Below, in pieces: positions 14,114 to 27,300 of a stretch of 64,000 bases of DNA. The stretch is from Eutreptiella sp. 'Long Island Sound 2002' (lineage: Eukaryota > Protista > Euglenida). The translations under genes and the position numbers were made by a program. The notes beneath the pieces were generated by a model that was not told the DNA's origin, did not search any database, and was given only the letters and a program-made list of their open reading frames with translations. The stretch covers positions 6,200,001 through 6,264,000 of the forward strand of contig OZ038378.1 in assembly GCA_964036045.1 (NCBI GenBank). Reading direction: 5' to 3'. Each line of letters begins with the position of its first letter. Position 1 is the first letter of the stretch.

Positions 14114-14914
14114 GTCTGTGTGGATGAGGGCCTGGGAGACAGGGTTCGTGGGGATGCAAATGGCGATCGGATGGGGGGCAGGGGTGGACGCATGTGAGGG
14201 AGAGGAGGGAGAAGGGGTGCACACCCAATGTGATATGGATACCATGTGCGCACTGGTAAAGAGGAAGGTGGAGTGCGCACACAGTATCATTTGCACCCAA
14301 GGGTAAACCACGTGCATGCACAGTGTGAGATGGCATGTGTGTTTGATTTGTCATTTTTTCTCGTTTTAAACATGACAGATCTTTACAGAGCACGTACACG
14401 TGCACTGTGTCGCACTTTTTTTTTTCAGTCTGAGTTTGGTTGCACGTCTTGAGGTTTGCAAGAGGACATCACACTCACTGCAACTCCTGGAATTGTAGGG
14501 GAGGGGTGTTAAATGGATTCAGTTTGCCGCAAGCTCCCACTATGTAGACCTTGTTCCTTCGGCGCCCTTGAAGAGGACACCTGGGTCGGGGTGGAGTGGA
14601 GGCTTTCGCACCGATTGTTGGGAGGGCGTCTAAAGAGAAACGGGGGGGAGGGGGTGTAATGGATCACAGTGGATCCTCAACAAGGATGCCGAACGGATGG
14701 GAGGGAGACGTTAGAACGCGACGTCCGGGGATGCTTCATAGCCCCCCATCACTCTCTCCCTCTTTGAGCCTGGATTACTTTGCTGTGCTGCACTGGGTCC
14801 CTCCACGGGAAATTTTGTCCCCCCCCCCCCCCTGCTCCCACGCACACAAATCAACAACAACTGGCAAAATGCCTGAACATGCTGCCCAGGACTGATGGGT
14901 AACAAATGGTGATT

Positions 14915-15250
14915 TGGAACCCCTTGGCCCTGTGTTACATTTCTCACATCAGCGGTGGTGAGTGGCCTCCAGGCTTCAGTGTTTCAGGGAAGAGCTTGTG
15001 TGGAGCATGCCCCTGCTGGCATGGGAGGGACACCAAGGGGCAGAAGCAGCACTTGTGATTAGCGGACGGCTGTCCCATCTCTCGCAGTAAAAATGAATTT
15101 TCCTGGGATGTTAGGTAGCCCAACAAGCTGCCCACCTCTCGCAGTCTTTTTGAGCCCTCTTCACCCAGGTGGGCAATCAACCCACCTAGCCACAAGTGGG
15201 TGATTCCCTCCTCAAAAGGGAACATGCGCTTACTCTTTCAGCCCTTATGG
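14915..15250 (+). repeat. Decayed dispersed repeat, copy 2
   Basis: GAACCCCTTGGCCCTGTGTT...GGGACACCAAGGGG...GGTGGGCAATCAACCCACC aligns by eye with 16035-16400. Confidence 0.7.
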
Positions 15251-16034
15251 CACACAGCCCATGAGACGCTCTTTTGTGCGGGTACTATGCCCATGCTACT
15301 GAATGTTTTCCCTCCACACTCCCTCAACATAAGGAAGGGGTCGTCCTTGCGGGGGGTTGGACAGGGGTCACGTGGTGACCCATGAGGCATGTACTGCCTC
15401 CGAGTGGATCAGTTTTGCCAACCCAACCTAGTACGGGGGCATGACTATGTTTATGAAACACAACATCCAAACCAAGAGCGGTCATCCTGTACGTTTTCAC
15501 AAGGGGTGGGGCCTAGATAGTGCGTTGCAATGGGTGTTTGGTGGGGGCATTTGCACTTGGTAGTTGTAATGGGTGTTTGTCTTGCCATGGCCCTGCACTG
15601 GGGTTTAGGTAATGTGTGTGTGTGTGTGTGTGCTTGTGCGTGTGAAGGCCTTGTCCTAGACTAAGGTCTAGGTCCTCTATGACACCCTTGCGTCGAGGGC
15701 ATCTGAAGAGCGCAAACAGAATGATTCTTTTGGCCATTGGCCTTGTCTTAGCGTCCAAGGCATTTGAAGAGCCCTTACACAACTCACTACGACCTTTTGT
15801 TATCTCTGGGTGTCTAGGGTCTTTGAAGAGCCCAAATCACGTTTTGCCATTGGTCTTGTCCTAGCGTCCAGGGCATACAAAGAGCCCTAAAGTAAATTGC
15901 CACCACCTCGGAAGAGCCCAAACACAATTCAGCACATCTGTTTGTTTGACCGCACAATGCACGGACGAATACCTGAAATAACCAGCAAAATAACTGAACA
16001 TGCTGCCCACCACTGGTTGGTACCACTTGGTGAT

Positions 16035-16400
16035 CCAGAACCCCTTGGCCCTGTGTTGCATTCCCCACATTAGTGCTGGTGAGCACCCTCCAAAGTTCAA
16101 TGTTGGGGAAGATTTTGTGTGGAGCATGCTTGTGTTGCATGGGAGGGACACCAAGGGGTATAGGCAGCACTTGTGAGTAGCAGGACAACTCTCCCGTTCA
16201 CACGCAGTAAAAACAACACCCCTCCCCCCCGGTTGTTAGGGGGCCCAACAACCTGCCCACCTCTCACAAGTTTGTTGAACCCTCCCTCTTCACCTGCACC
16301 CCAACAGGTGGGCAATCAACCCACCACAAGTGGAAGAGTCCCTCCTCAAAAGGCAAACATGTGCATACACATGGACAACTGGCATACACTTTCAGCCTTT
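16035..16400 (+). repeat. Decayed dispersed repeat, copy 3
   Basis: Shares the same blocks as 14915-15250. Confidence 0.7.
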
Positions 16401-17649
16401 ATGGGTCATCTCTCCCACAAAAAAAATGGAAATTAGGGAGGCAATGGATTTGGATTGCACAAGGGGGGGGTTTCCTCCCCCCCCCCCCCCGCCTTTTTGT
16501 ACCTCACTTCACCCGTACACCCTGTTATGTGTAAATTAATTTACTCATACACCCAGTTATGTGCCCCACCCGTTGCCCATACACACTGTTGTGTGTGTTT
16601 CACACTTGCCATACACCCCGTTATGTGTTTCTCACAGATTGATACAAACCACCGATACGGGATGGGGGGCATCAGGCACATCAAGAGGGTGTGAGAGAAA
16701 GGGAGCAAGCAAGGGATTGCATGTATTTGTAGGTGTTATCTGTGTGCTTGTGAGTGTTGTATAATGAGTTCATGAGGCTTTGTTGCTCTTAAAAACACTT
16801 TGGGACGCCTCTCGTGTGCAAGCTGGTAAGCAAGTTGGTATGGACCCTCATTGAACCCCTCTGGAAGGTCCTCGTATGTCTTTGTCGATTGGTGCTAGCT
16901 AGGGTGCACAAAGATGCCTATTTACACCCAACTCCACAGCATCTTACGATGGGAGACCATATTGCTGCATATCCGTCCTTCCTTGTTTTTTTTTTTGGCT
17001 TGTTTGTCGAAGTTGTTCAACCAATCTCCCCCTTTTCACATACATGGGTTTGCATAATATGATTATGGGGTGGCTGGGCAAGGGGTATGGGGTATGAGTG
17101 GTTGGCGCAAATGCAAGGGAGGGGGAATGGACCACTAGTACAGGGGTCGAGGTGTCTCGTTGGGCGATTCTACGGCTTGGAAACCACAAAAAGTGGGGAG
17201 TTTGGGGTGGACTAAGTGCCTTGGGAATTTGGATTTGAGCCACGTAGCCCAAGATACGGCCCGTTCTTGGTCTTGGGGCTGTTGGACACAAATTGCGCAC
17301 ATTTTGGGCAATTTTCGCCATTTTTGGGCCGTTTCTCGGACATGTTGTGAAGTTAGAGGGCAACAAAGGGCTCTTTGTCATGAGGAAGTCAAGGCACGCA
17401 TGGAGCGTAGCAACCGTTTCCTTTCGTTGGTCCGTTTTGAGTGGATTTCGGGGCCGTCTTGGGCCAAAAAAGGCTGTTTTGGGGCACAAAATGCGCGGGA
17501 GGGCACCTCCCTACGTGGCACCACCGCCCTGGGGTGCCACCGGTGATTTTTTGGCCCAAGGGCACCACTTAGGGGCGAAGGTGGCTAGACTAGAGTAGAG
17601 CCCGCAGCGTTGAGAGGATGCAATGGCCAAAACGGAAAAGAGGATTGCT

Positions 17650-18180
17650 TGCTTGCTTGGTTGCTTTTGTTAGCTAGAGTTCAGTGGAGAGGGGTGTGGT
17701 AATATACATACATGTATACAAATTTGGTGCCCACATATATCATTTTCCCTCCTTTTGCAGAGCATTATCACGACACCCACATGGTTGGGTGCTTCCACTT
17801 CGCAAGCGGTTGCCCTCAGAGATGTGATTTGGGACATCTAGGCCTTTGCCATTGCAAGGCGGACATCACCTCACAATCTTCCCTCACTGTTGCGGTATTG
17901 CAACTTTGTGCTCGTGCAAATTTTGCGGTTCCATTTTGAAGCAGTCTACCTCGTTGTTTGTATCAAACCGTCCAGCCAGACCAGCATGGAATCTTTCTCT
18001 ACGTCGATGCATTGTTCTCATGGCGGTTCTAGGTTCAGAAGTCATGCCGGCCTTTTGTTTTGCACATCACCCTTGTGTGTTAAGCACATCATGCAGTACC
18101 GCTGAAAGTAGTGCGCATCTTTTTCGGAAGTGGTGGACAAAAGGTTTAGGGTTTTATTGGTGCACAAGTCAACTCGGAGA
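17650..18180 (+). repeat. Dispersed repeat family A, copy duplicated at 18685-19452
   Basis: GGAGAGGGGTGTRGTAATA...TGGTGCCCACATATATCATTTTCCCTCC...AAAAGGTTTAGGGTTTTATTGG is present in both copies. Confidence 0.85.
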
Positions 18181-18684
18181 TGGCAACTGGACAACTGGTC
18201 CCATGGCATGGTGTAGAGCGTGAGAAACGGTACGGAGCAGAAGTGGCTGAGTTGACGGAAAGAGACCCAGTGTGTGCTACCTTAGATTCAGAGGGTGTTC
18301 TTCCGCATGATTTGCAGCCAACATTGTCATGCCAAACCATTTTGCGGCCTAAGGACCCTGAATAGATTATGAATGACCCACCTCAGTGCAACATTTCCAA
18401 CATGGGGCAATATGAGAGTTGAGGCTTCGCAAGAATGTGATTCGCCACAACGCATCAAGTCATGTGTTTTCTGCATTTCCCCGGCTTTGTACATGCCCCA
18501 TTGATACCTCCATGATCCATATGCATATATATTTTGAAAGCTTGTTGGGATTTCGTATGGGCCAAAACGCGTCACCATGGTCTCGAAATGCGCTGAAAAC
18601 ACTTGTTTGAGCATCCTGAATGGTGCAGGATCACTTTTGGAAAAACACATTTTTGACTCATTTTTGACCGATTTTCGGCACTTG

Positions 18685-19452
<768 letters not shown>

Positions 19453-22189
19453 TCACAATTGGACATTCATTTGTCTTGAGCACACACCTCTCGGATTTGT
19501 TTCCATTTTGGTATGCCTTGTTGGGAATCCCCTCATCGATGGGGAATTAGAATTTGAGGTTCTCCAAATCTCTGCCATCCATGGGCAATGGCAGGAGCCC
19601 TAGCAAGAGCATGCTTTTTCTTGGATTGGCTTTGAAATGGACAAACTGAAGTGGACTGGTTGATGGGAAGTATTGCCCCACCTTTTACATCCCCACTGTA
19701 CCAATCCGGACTCCTTGCCACCAACATAGTAAATGAAGCTCCTATAGGGCACACAAGATCAAAGTATTAAGTTAGTAAGTAAGTAAGTAAGTATTAAGGC
19801 AAGCATGGGGCAATGAGATGATGGCCGATGGTTTGGGCCTCTTGGGTGTCTACAGCGGACTGCCCACCACAAAAAACTGGACCCCGCTACAATGTGCAGC
19901 ATGTGCACCCCAAATAGAAGTAATCCCCGTTCATAGGCGTCCACAGGGGGGGGAAGGGGTGTGCCCCTAACAACGAAGGGACGCGGTGAAAATCGTCTAC
20001 CCCAGCAACCCGCACACACATTTATGCTCATCCAGTTATCCAAAATTCAAACGATTGCAGACCAATGGACCCTCCCCAACGGGGGTTAGAATCAATTTGC
20101 TAAACACAGGGGGGGATTGCAAGCTGTGCAGCGGGGCACAAGAGGAGGGGGTCAGGACATTTGTCTGCGCCGTGTGTGTTCACGGTGCTTCGGTTAATTT
20201 GGGATGCTTTTTCGTTGGTGCTGTGTTAGGCCAAGGTGTGTGTGTTTTGGGGGATAGGTGTAGTCCGCCTCGCCAAGCAAAACAAAACACTTTTTTCTTT
20301 TCAACATTGGTTTAGCGCGAAAAATGCAACGTTCCGGCAGAAGTTCCGGCATAGCGTTCTGGCGACCTTGAAAGCGCCTTTTTCATAGAAGTTGCGGCCA
20401 TGGATGTAGGCCGCAAACATATGGTCAACATGGACCACAAGTCTGTTGTCTCGGAGAGGAGGGGGGAAAAACCATTTCTTGCATGCATTGGGTTGTGAAG
20501 ATGTGTTGATCGGAGATCCAAATGCTGATGTGCGGAAATGGGCCTCTGTGCAGGAGGGAATGCTATTTGGGCTGCTCGATGCGGATGCACAAACACTAAC
20601 GCCCAACCAAATCATTCTGCAATGCACGCAACATGCAAGCGACACGAGGAATCACAGAGACCACATGTCATCTTCCTCAAATGAGGACGATGCGTGATAC
20701 GTTGACAAAATGGTCATGGTACCCACTACGGCACAACTAGACGGCATATATCCACATAACACATATCCAAACGGGACAAGCGAACACTATTTGTACTTCC
20801 CATCCAAGTGCATGAAGTCCACGGAAATGGCTTGATTCCCAAGTTGTGTTGCTTTGCGAAAAAATAGAATGGACCGTAAACCCAATCACCATAACAACTG
20901 CAATGTACACAAAATATTTGATGCAACCATATGGAACACAATGGAGTACTGAACATTGCGAAGGAAGCATTCAAGCACACACTGGGTTTGGTGAATGTTG
21001 GAGGACAAATGACAAGTATCCCGCCACAAGCAAGTAAACTCTACAGCTCCGTACGAAGGTTCAACATCCACTTGGCACTCTGCTGCCGAAAATGATTTGA
21101 TTTCCCATGCTTGCTAATTGAATCTTCAGTGTTGACTGTGCTCACATGTGTCATGCCACATTATAAGACCACCAATCTTCTCGTGATCTTATGATCTACG
21201 TGCATGTAATGTGATTTAATGTTGTCCTCAAATTTTGATGCAAGGTTCCTGTTGAATCATGGGTTTGTTTGCCACAATTTAGACCTACAAAGCAGCAAAC
21301 CGTGTCATGACCATGCCCATGGCTGGCTTTTTCCTACTACAGAGTTTGCCTTGTACCTTCAATGCCTTTGTGTTGTGCACGTTCATCCAAGCAAGCCACC
21401 AAGGCCACCTCGAATTCCGAAGTTGACATTCTTCAACAACTGCTGATGCAATGTTACCACCTTCACGGGACAGACATGGGCACTAGGCCGTCAAAAAAAG
21501 AATGCAAGATATACTCCAAAACCTACAAGGGGAATTTTGATGCAAGCAAAGGGCGCGCCTGACCAGTGGTCAAGATACATTCAAAGATGGCAAGGGGAAG
21601 ATGCACTATTGTGGGCACTACCGGTACTACACTGGATGCGACAATCAATGGTGCTCCGAAGTTTACAATTTGGGCTTGGGTCCCTCTGCTTGCAAAGAGG
21701 GCGTCACCAGTTTCAAGCGTGGAAAAGATGCCCGTTTTCAAGTATGGTGAGAATGATAGAGATACAAATGGAAAGAAGAAGTGTGGCAGCATTAAGGCTT
21801 GGTGGGTGGAGACAAGGTGAGTGTTTGGCTGGCGGATGGAACAATGGTGGTTGGGTTGGAACATGTAGGATAGGGGGCATTTTAATGGAACCCTTACATA
21901 TGTGTCTTGTATGCCCTATTTGGACCCTCTCTTGCGCGCCCTATTTGGACCACATGCCTGACCATGATAGGGAGTTCCCTCATAGAAATCCTTACATACA
22001 CAGCCAACACATGCAGCCATACTATCACATATCATCTCCCACTCACGCGAGAAACCAACCCAATGTGGACCACCAAAGCGGTTCATTGATGATGACAATG
22101 GTGGCTCATTGCTGACAGAATTTTCCTTCCGACCACCGCGCTCCCCAATGCTTGCACCATGTGGCCCAGCCTTGGCCATTCCCAATTAA

Positions 22190-22900
22190 ACATATGAGAG
22201 TTGGGGCTTCGCAAGAATGTGATTCGCCACATAGCATCAGGTCATGTGTTTTCTGCATTTCCCTGGCTTTGTACGTGCCTACATCACATCTCCATGATCT
22301 ATATATATCTATGTATATCCTCAAATGTACACCGCAAGACGGTAAGGTACATGAGAAGTGTACAACTTGGTGCATACATGTGGTGAAATAGGCTATGCTG
22401 GGTCAAAATGGGCTCAAAATGGGTGGCATTGTTCCGTTTGAGCACCCCAAATGGTCCAAGATCGTTTTTGGAAAAGCACATTTTTCACCCATTGTTGACG
22501 TTTTTTTGTTCACAAAATGGCCCGTTTTCAACGCTTTTTGGGACCTTAGAAGGGCCAAAATGGCTCAAAACGGGCTCAAAATGGGCCCGTTTTAGTTGTT
22601 TATGCACCCCAAATGCTCCAGGATCACTTTTGGAAAAACGCATTTTTGACCCATTTTTGACCCATCTTTGCCCCCAAAATAGCCCATTTTCAAGGCATTT
22701 TGGGACTTCCGACGGGCCAAAATGCGTCATCACGGGCTCAAAATGGGCTAAAAACACTTGTTTGAGCATCCCAAGTGGTCTGGGACTAACTTTGGAAAAA
22801 GACCTTTTTTTTTTTCGCCCCGGGGACCCTCGTGGACCCACCGTTGGCCCCCACGTGTGCGCGGCCCGGGCTGCCCTTTGGCTCCACCAAGTGACCATTC
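22190..22900 (+). repeat. Family A-associated repeat with ~162-bp internal tandem units
   Basis: GGGCTCAAAATGGG recurs at about 22410, 22572 and 22734. Related blocks at 18390-18680, 61240-61430 and 62330-62640. Confidence 0.75.
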
Positions 22901-23253
22901 TGGGTTGATTTCTCCCCACCATGGGGACCCTGAGAAGGCAGGGGTTCGGTAGCCATATTGACACATATGCCGTCGCTGCTTATCAAACAAGGATTGTGGA
23001 GAGAAGATGAAGAGAGTCTGTGGCATGTTACACATCTTATGTGCGATTTTGATGTCAGATGTCAGACATAATTGTGTGATATTGTGTTAGTACACAATGT
23101 TCAGGTGCAAGGAATTTCAGCACACACAAGTTTCAGTGGAGCAAAACCCATCAAATTTGGAAGCAACATTTTTCAGTGAAAAAAAATGAAAAAAAATTTC
23201 CATGTCAGACCGCAACCTTTACACCCCTCGGCTACTTTGCACCCCCAAGGGTA

Positions 23254-23369
23254 GGGTCGCCTAATTTTAAGGGTGTTTGGGAGGGGCGTACTTGGGGGCT
23301 CTTCGCGGGGAATCTAGGCTGAAAGTAGCGCACAGTACGCAGTGCGCGCGCAGTGCAAAGATTCCTCCC
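23254..23369 (+). mobile_element. Isolated right end of the GGGGG...CCCCC MITE family seen at 48284 and 61744
   Basis: GGGTCGCCTAATTTTAAGGG...GGGGGCTCTTCG...AAAGTAGCGC...GCAGTGCAAAGATTCC matches the right ends of those two elements. No left end was found. Confidence 0.75.
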
Positions 23370-24034
23370 TTGACACGTGGTGCACAGACTCCCTGCTCCC
23401 TGCTTGCCCACAATGTGTGCTTGGGGCTGGGTCTTTGTATAATTGGCGACTCTGCCTGAGTAATATTTGCAGAGGCCTTTCAGGGATGAAGGGATGGCCT
23501 GCCGTTCCCTGTCAGATTGCAGTAATCATGCCCTGTGTCCTCCTGTTCGGTGTCAATATGCTCAGTAAGTGTCACGCCGGACAGTAGAGCAGAAGGGTGT
23601 CAAGCAATGCTGTAAATGGGGACACGACGTGGTCGGTACCCAAACAGCGGCTCAATGCTGGCGACCCACTCAAGATTGGGTGGTCGAGGGCAGCAACTTT
23701 GTCAGGCCGTCCCCAAGACGGCCTCCCTCCTCATCGCTGCACATGGATTTCCCTCATTAGTAGACCAGAGGTGTTCTAGGGCAATGGTATCGATGTATCA
23801 CACCTGTTTGTACATCGCCACCCTTTACGGACACTTCCTGCTTCACGATGAAACAGTCATCGCTAACAGGGCAGGCCACACTTTGCAGTGACCAGCTCAT
23901 GCCATTGTCAGAGCCACACTAGCCCTCAGAGTCACACGTGGACCAGTCCTCGGTGCCCCAACAATACCCACACTGCAACATCTTATGATACACTGTACCA
24001 CGGTCTATTGTGTTGCAACCCCCCTTTCTCTCAG

Positions 24035-24349
24035 GGCAAGATGCACGGGTTTCTGCGCATGTACTGGGCCAAGAAGATCCTTGAATGGACCCCCAACGCA
24101 GCGGAGGCCCTGAAAATCAGCATTTACCTCAACGATAAGTTTTCGCTGGATGGGCGGGACCCCAACGGGTACGTGGGCTGCATGTGGTCCGTGTGCGGTG
24201 TGCATGACATGGGCTGGACCGAGCGCCCCGTCTTCGGCAAGATCAGGTACATGAACTACAACGGGTGCCTCCGGAAGTTCAAGGTGGCCGACTTCGTGCG
24301 GCGCATGGGCGTGACTGCAAAGCCTCAGCCCAAGCCCAAGAAGAAGTAG
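24035..24349 (+). CDS. phr: Class II CPD photolyase, exon 4 (FAD-binding C-terminus)
   Basis: CTCTCAG|GGC acceptor. Reads [58 protein letters not shown], then TAG. The four exons total 1584 nt = 527 aa plus stop, in frame. Confidence 0.95.
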   Translation, partial: GKMHGFLRMYWAKKILEWTPNAAEALKISIYLNDKFSLDGRDPNGYVGCMWSVCGVHDMGWTERPVFGKIRYMNYNGCLRKFKVADFVRRMGVTAKPQPKPKKK

Positions 24350-27300
24350 GCGGCTGAGGTGCAGCCGGAGCAGGCCTTTGAGCGCTTAGATCACATGTTC
24401 AGGTGGTCTGTCGCGGTTGTCTACCTGGCGTGGGTGACTGAGGACTGTGGACGGTGAGTGTCTAGAGGACAGCGGGTGGACGGCAACCGACGGCGGGTCC
24501 TTGTCGACCGACGGTCTCCTGAAGTTTGGGGGCACCGGAGTCCAGCAACTTGTTTTCTTTGATTGGACCGCTTTGGGCGTGAGGCTTGGGACGTCACATG
24601 CAGCCGCCGGGAGTGCGGGACGAAGCATGAGGCTGAGTGGGAAGCGTGGCCCAGTGCGTTGGGGATGGCCACATGCAGCGTTATATATTTCTTGGCACCG
24701 TTCCGTACCTCTGTTTTGAAACATCCGGGAGTCTCTGTCGATTGGGGGCTCTAGCCGCATGGCGTTGGAACGAAATGGGCTCAGGCCACGGCCCCAACGC
24801 ACAACAGTGCATGGCCGCACTAATGCTGATGTGTGTTGTGTTGTGGGTTGGCCCAGCAGCAGTCCTTATTGATGCGCGGGCGCTGCAAACTGCGAAAAAT
24901 TGCAAATGGTAAAAAGTGAATTGGTGTGGGCCCCTGTTATCATGCGGAGATTGAGTTGACCCACGGTGGTGAGGTCACGGAGGTGATGCCGAGGCTCTTC
25001 AGGTGCATGGACTGAGCCTCTGTGCCACTGTGCACTGCGTTCCTGCCGTTTGGTATGTCATCCAATGTGGGGTCTGTACTGTGCCTTGGAAGCCTGTGGG
25101 GCGCGTACGCGGCGCGTGTCAGACTCCCTCTAGCAGTATCGAGGCTGTGTACTAGACGGGCATCTCTGCTGGTTGCATAGCGACTGTGGCTCAGCCATGG
25201 ACTCACTAGAGCGACTGAGTACCATAACCCCCCCTTCCCCCCGCCTAGTTTGATGACGCCAAACAGCCATGCTTCATTCTGGTTGTGGGCAGTACCTGCC
25301 TCCCCCCCCCCTCTCCCCTTGAGTGAGGGCACTCTGGAAGGTGGCTCAATGTGCCACAGTCACGTGCAGCTTCTGAAGCACTCGATTGACGGTTGTATTA
25401 GACCGGGTCAACCTTCTGCAAGTTCCTGAGAGTTGTCTGAGCACGGGATCCCCGTCTGACGTGGTGCCCTGGCAAATCTGTGCCTGCGTAAGCCCCCCCC
25501 CCCCCCCCCCGCCTCCATCCTGGCCATTTGCGGTGGGATTTTCCTGACAAAGACTGTCAGTTTTATGAGCATTTCTTGACAAACACCCGAGGAAGGCCCC
25601 AGCCAGACCCTCCCCTGTTCCACAATCCCCTCGACCTCTCCCCCCCGCTCTTCTGCCAATGCCCTGTGCCTGGGCCCGGAGGGCCGTCTCCGGGGGGGCT
25701 TTGGGGTAAGGCCCTCAGGTGTTGCTCCTCTTCTGGCAATTGGTGTCGACAATCGACTTTTTGCCATTCACGAAGATCCACCAAGCCGCTGTGTTGGCAC
25801 ACCGTTTGTGTCTCTCCATGGTGGTGGATCGTGGCACCAACACATTACGGAACCACGCGGCAATAATCTTCAGTGCGGAGTGCAAGCACTCTGCCACGGC
25901 GGAGAGCCGTGCAGCTTTACAGGAGCAGCGCAAACAGTGGTGCGGACTTGACTTCACCAGGCTCGCACCGCATTAACAATAGCTGCAAGTGTTTGGCAAC
26001 AGCTCCTTGTCAGGGAGCGGGCCATCCCCTGCACCAGCGGCATTTGCTCAGCTGTTCACCGTAGCCATACCCCCAGCAAAGTCAAATGCTTGAGCCCGCA
26101 GAGTTGATCGTTGAGTTGAGTTGAGTTGAGTTGGTTGTCACATCTGCCTTACAGAACTTGGATCCCATGATCAATCCCTGCTATACACAAAATTTGCCGT
26201 TTCAGCCAAATGAGCCTAACTCTTGCAGGATAGTGTACAAAGTATTGATCTTCTCGGTCAATCACTGTCCACACCACCTGATGGCATGTTTGGAGCTCCC
26301 CCGCCGGCCCCTCTCCATCCCTAGTCCTCCCCTCTCACCCCTTTGGGCCGGCTGACGCAGGCAGTCAGGACATAGGCCGTTCTGATTGGTAGGCACTGCC
26401 CATGCGAGATACAGGGCCGTTGCTGTTGGCCCCACCCTTCCCCTCTGCGTAGGGGTCGCTTGATTGAAGGGGATTTCGTCTGGGGACAATTTCGTGAGGG
26501 TTCAATTTCGCCACCCCCCCCCCCTCCCCTGCCGGGGGCCTGTCAGGCCCCAGGATAGTGCAGACCAGGTGGGTGTAGACCTACCGAGCCTGGATTCCCA
26601 TGTTCAATTGCCCCTTAAGTGATCTCCAGGACGTAAATCATCATGACCTCAACCTTTCGGAGGATGCTGTGCATCGAAACTTTGCGCACTCCAAGTTCCC
26701 CAAGTCCTTCGACGAGATGCTGCCTGCCGTAAATCATGCCTCTTCGGTTAATGTCTGCCCCCCCCCCCCCCAAAAGAAAAACCCGGACGCACTGCTGTGA
26801 ACTTGCTGAAGAACAATGGCTGGAAGTGTCTATGGCGGGGACATCCAGCTCAGCCTACCGACCAATTGAAGCCAAAAGAAAAACAAATCCCCCAAAACAA
26901 ACAAAGGCGCCCAAGGGGCGCCCAATACGCTTCATTAGCTCCATAGGACCGATCAAAGCAGATATTGTCGTCTGCCCTGCAGCCTGAGCCTCTGATTTTG
27001 ACTGGGCCCTAGCGCTTCTCCCTCGTGTTCTTTGAGTGCGGGTGCGTTGGGGGCCCATGGTGAGGAGCCCAGACTCAAGGGGAACACGCATAGCGCTTGT
27101 GTGTGCTCTTCCATGTGTCCATGTGCACTGCTGTGCATTGTTGTGTAACATTTCACGCATGGCAGTGTGACAGCTTGCCACGGTGCAGTGCCCTGTACCC
27201 TGTTGGTGCAGCGCGCTGCACCGCATGCACACCCTTTGTCTGTGCTTCACAGAGTTGTGCACACGCGTTGGTGGTTTCCCACTATCTGGGGCAGCATTCA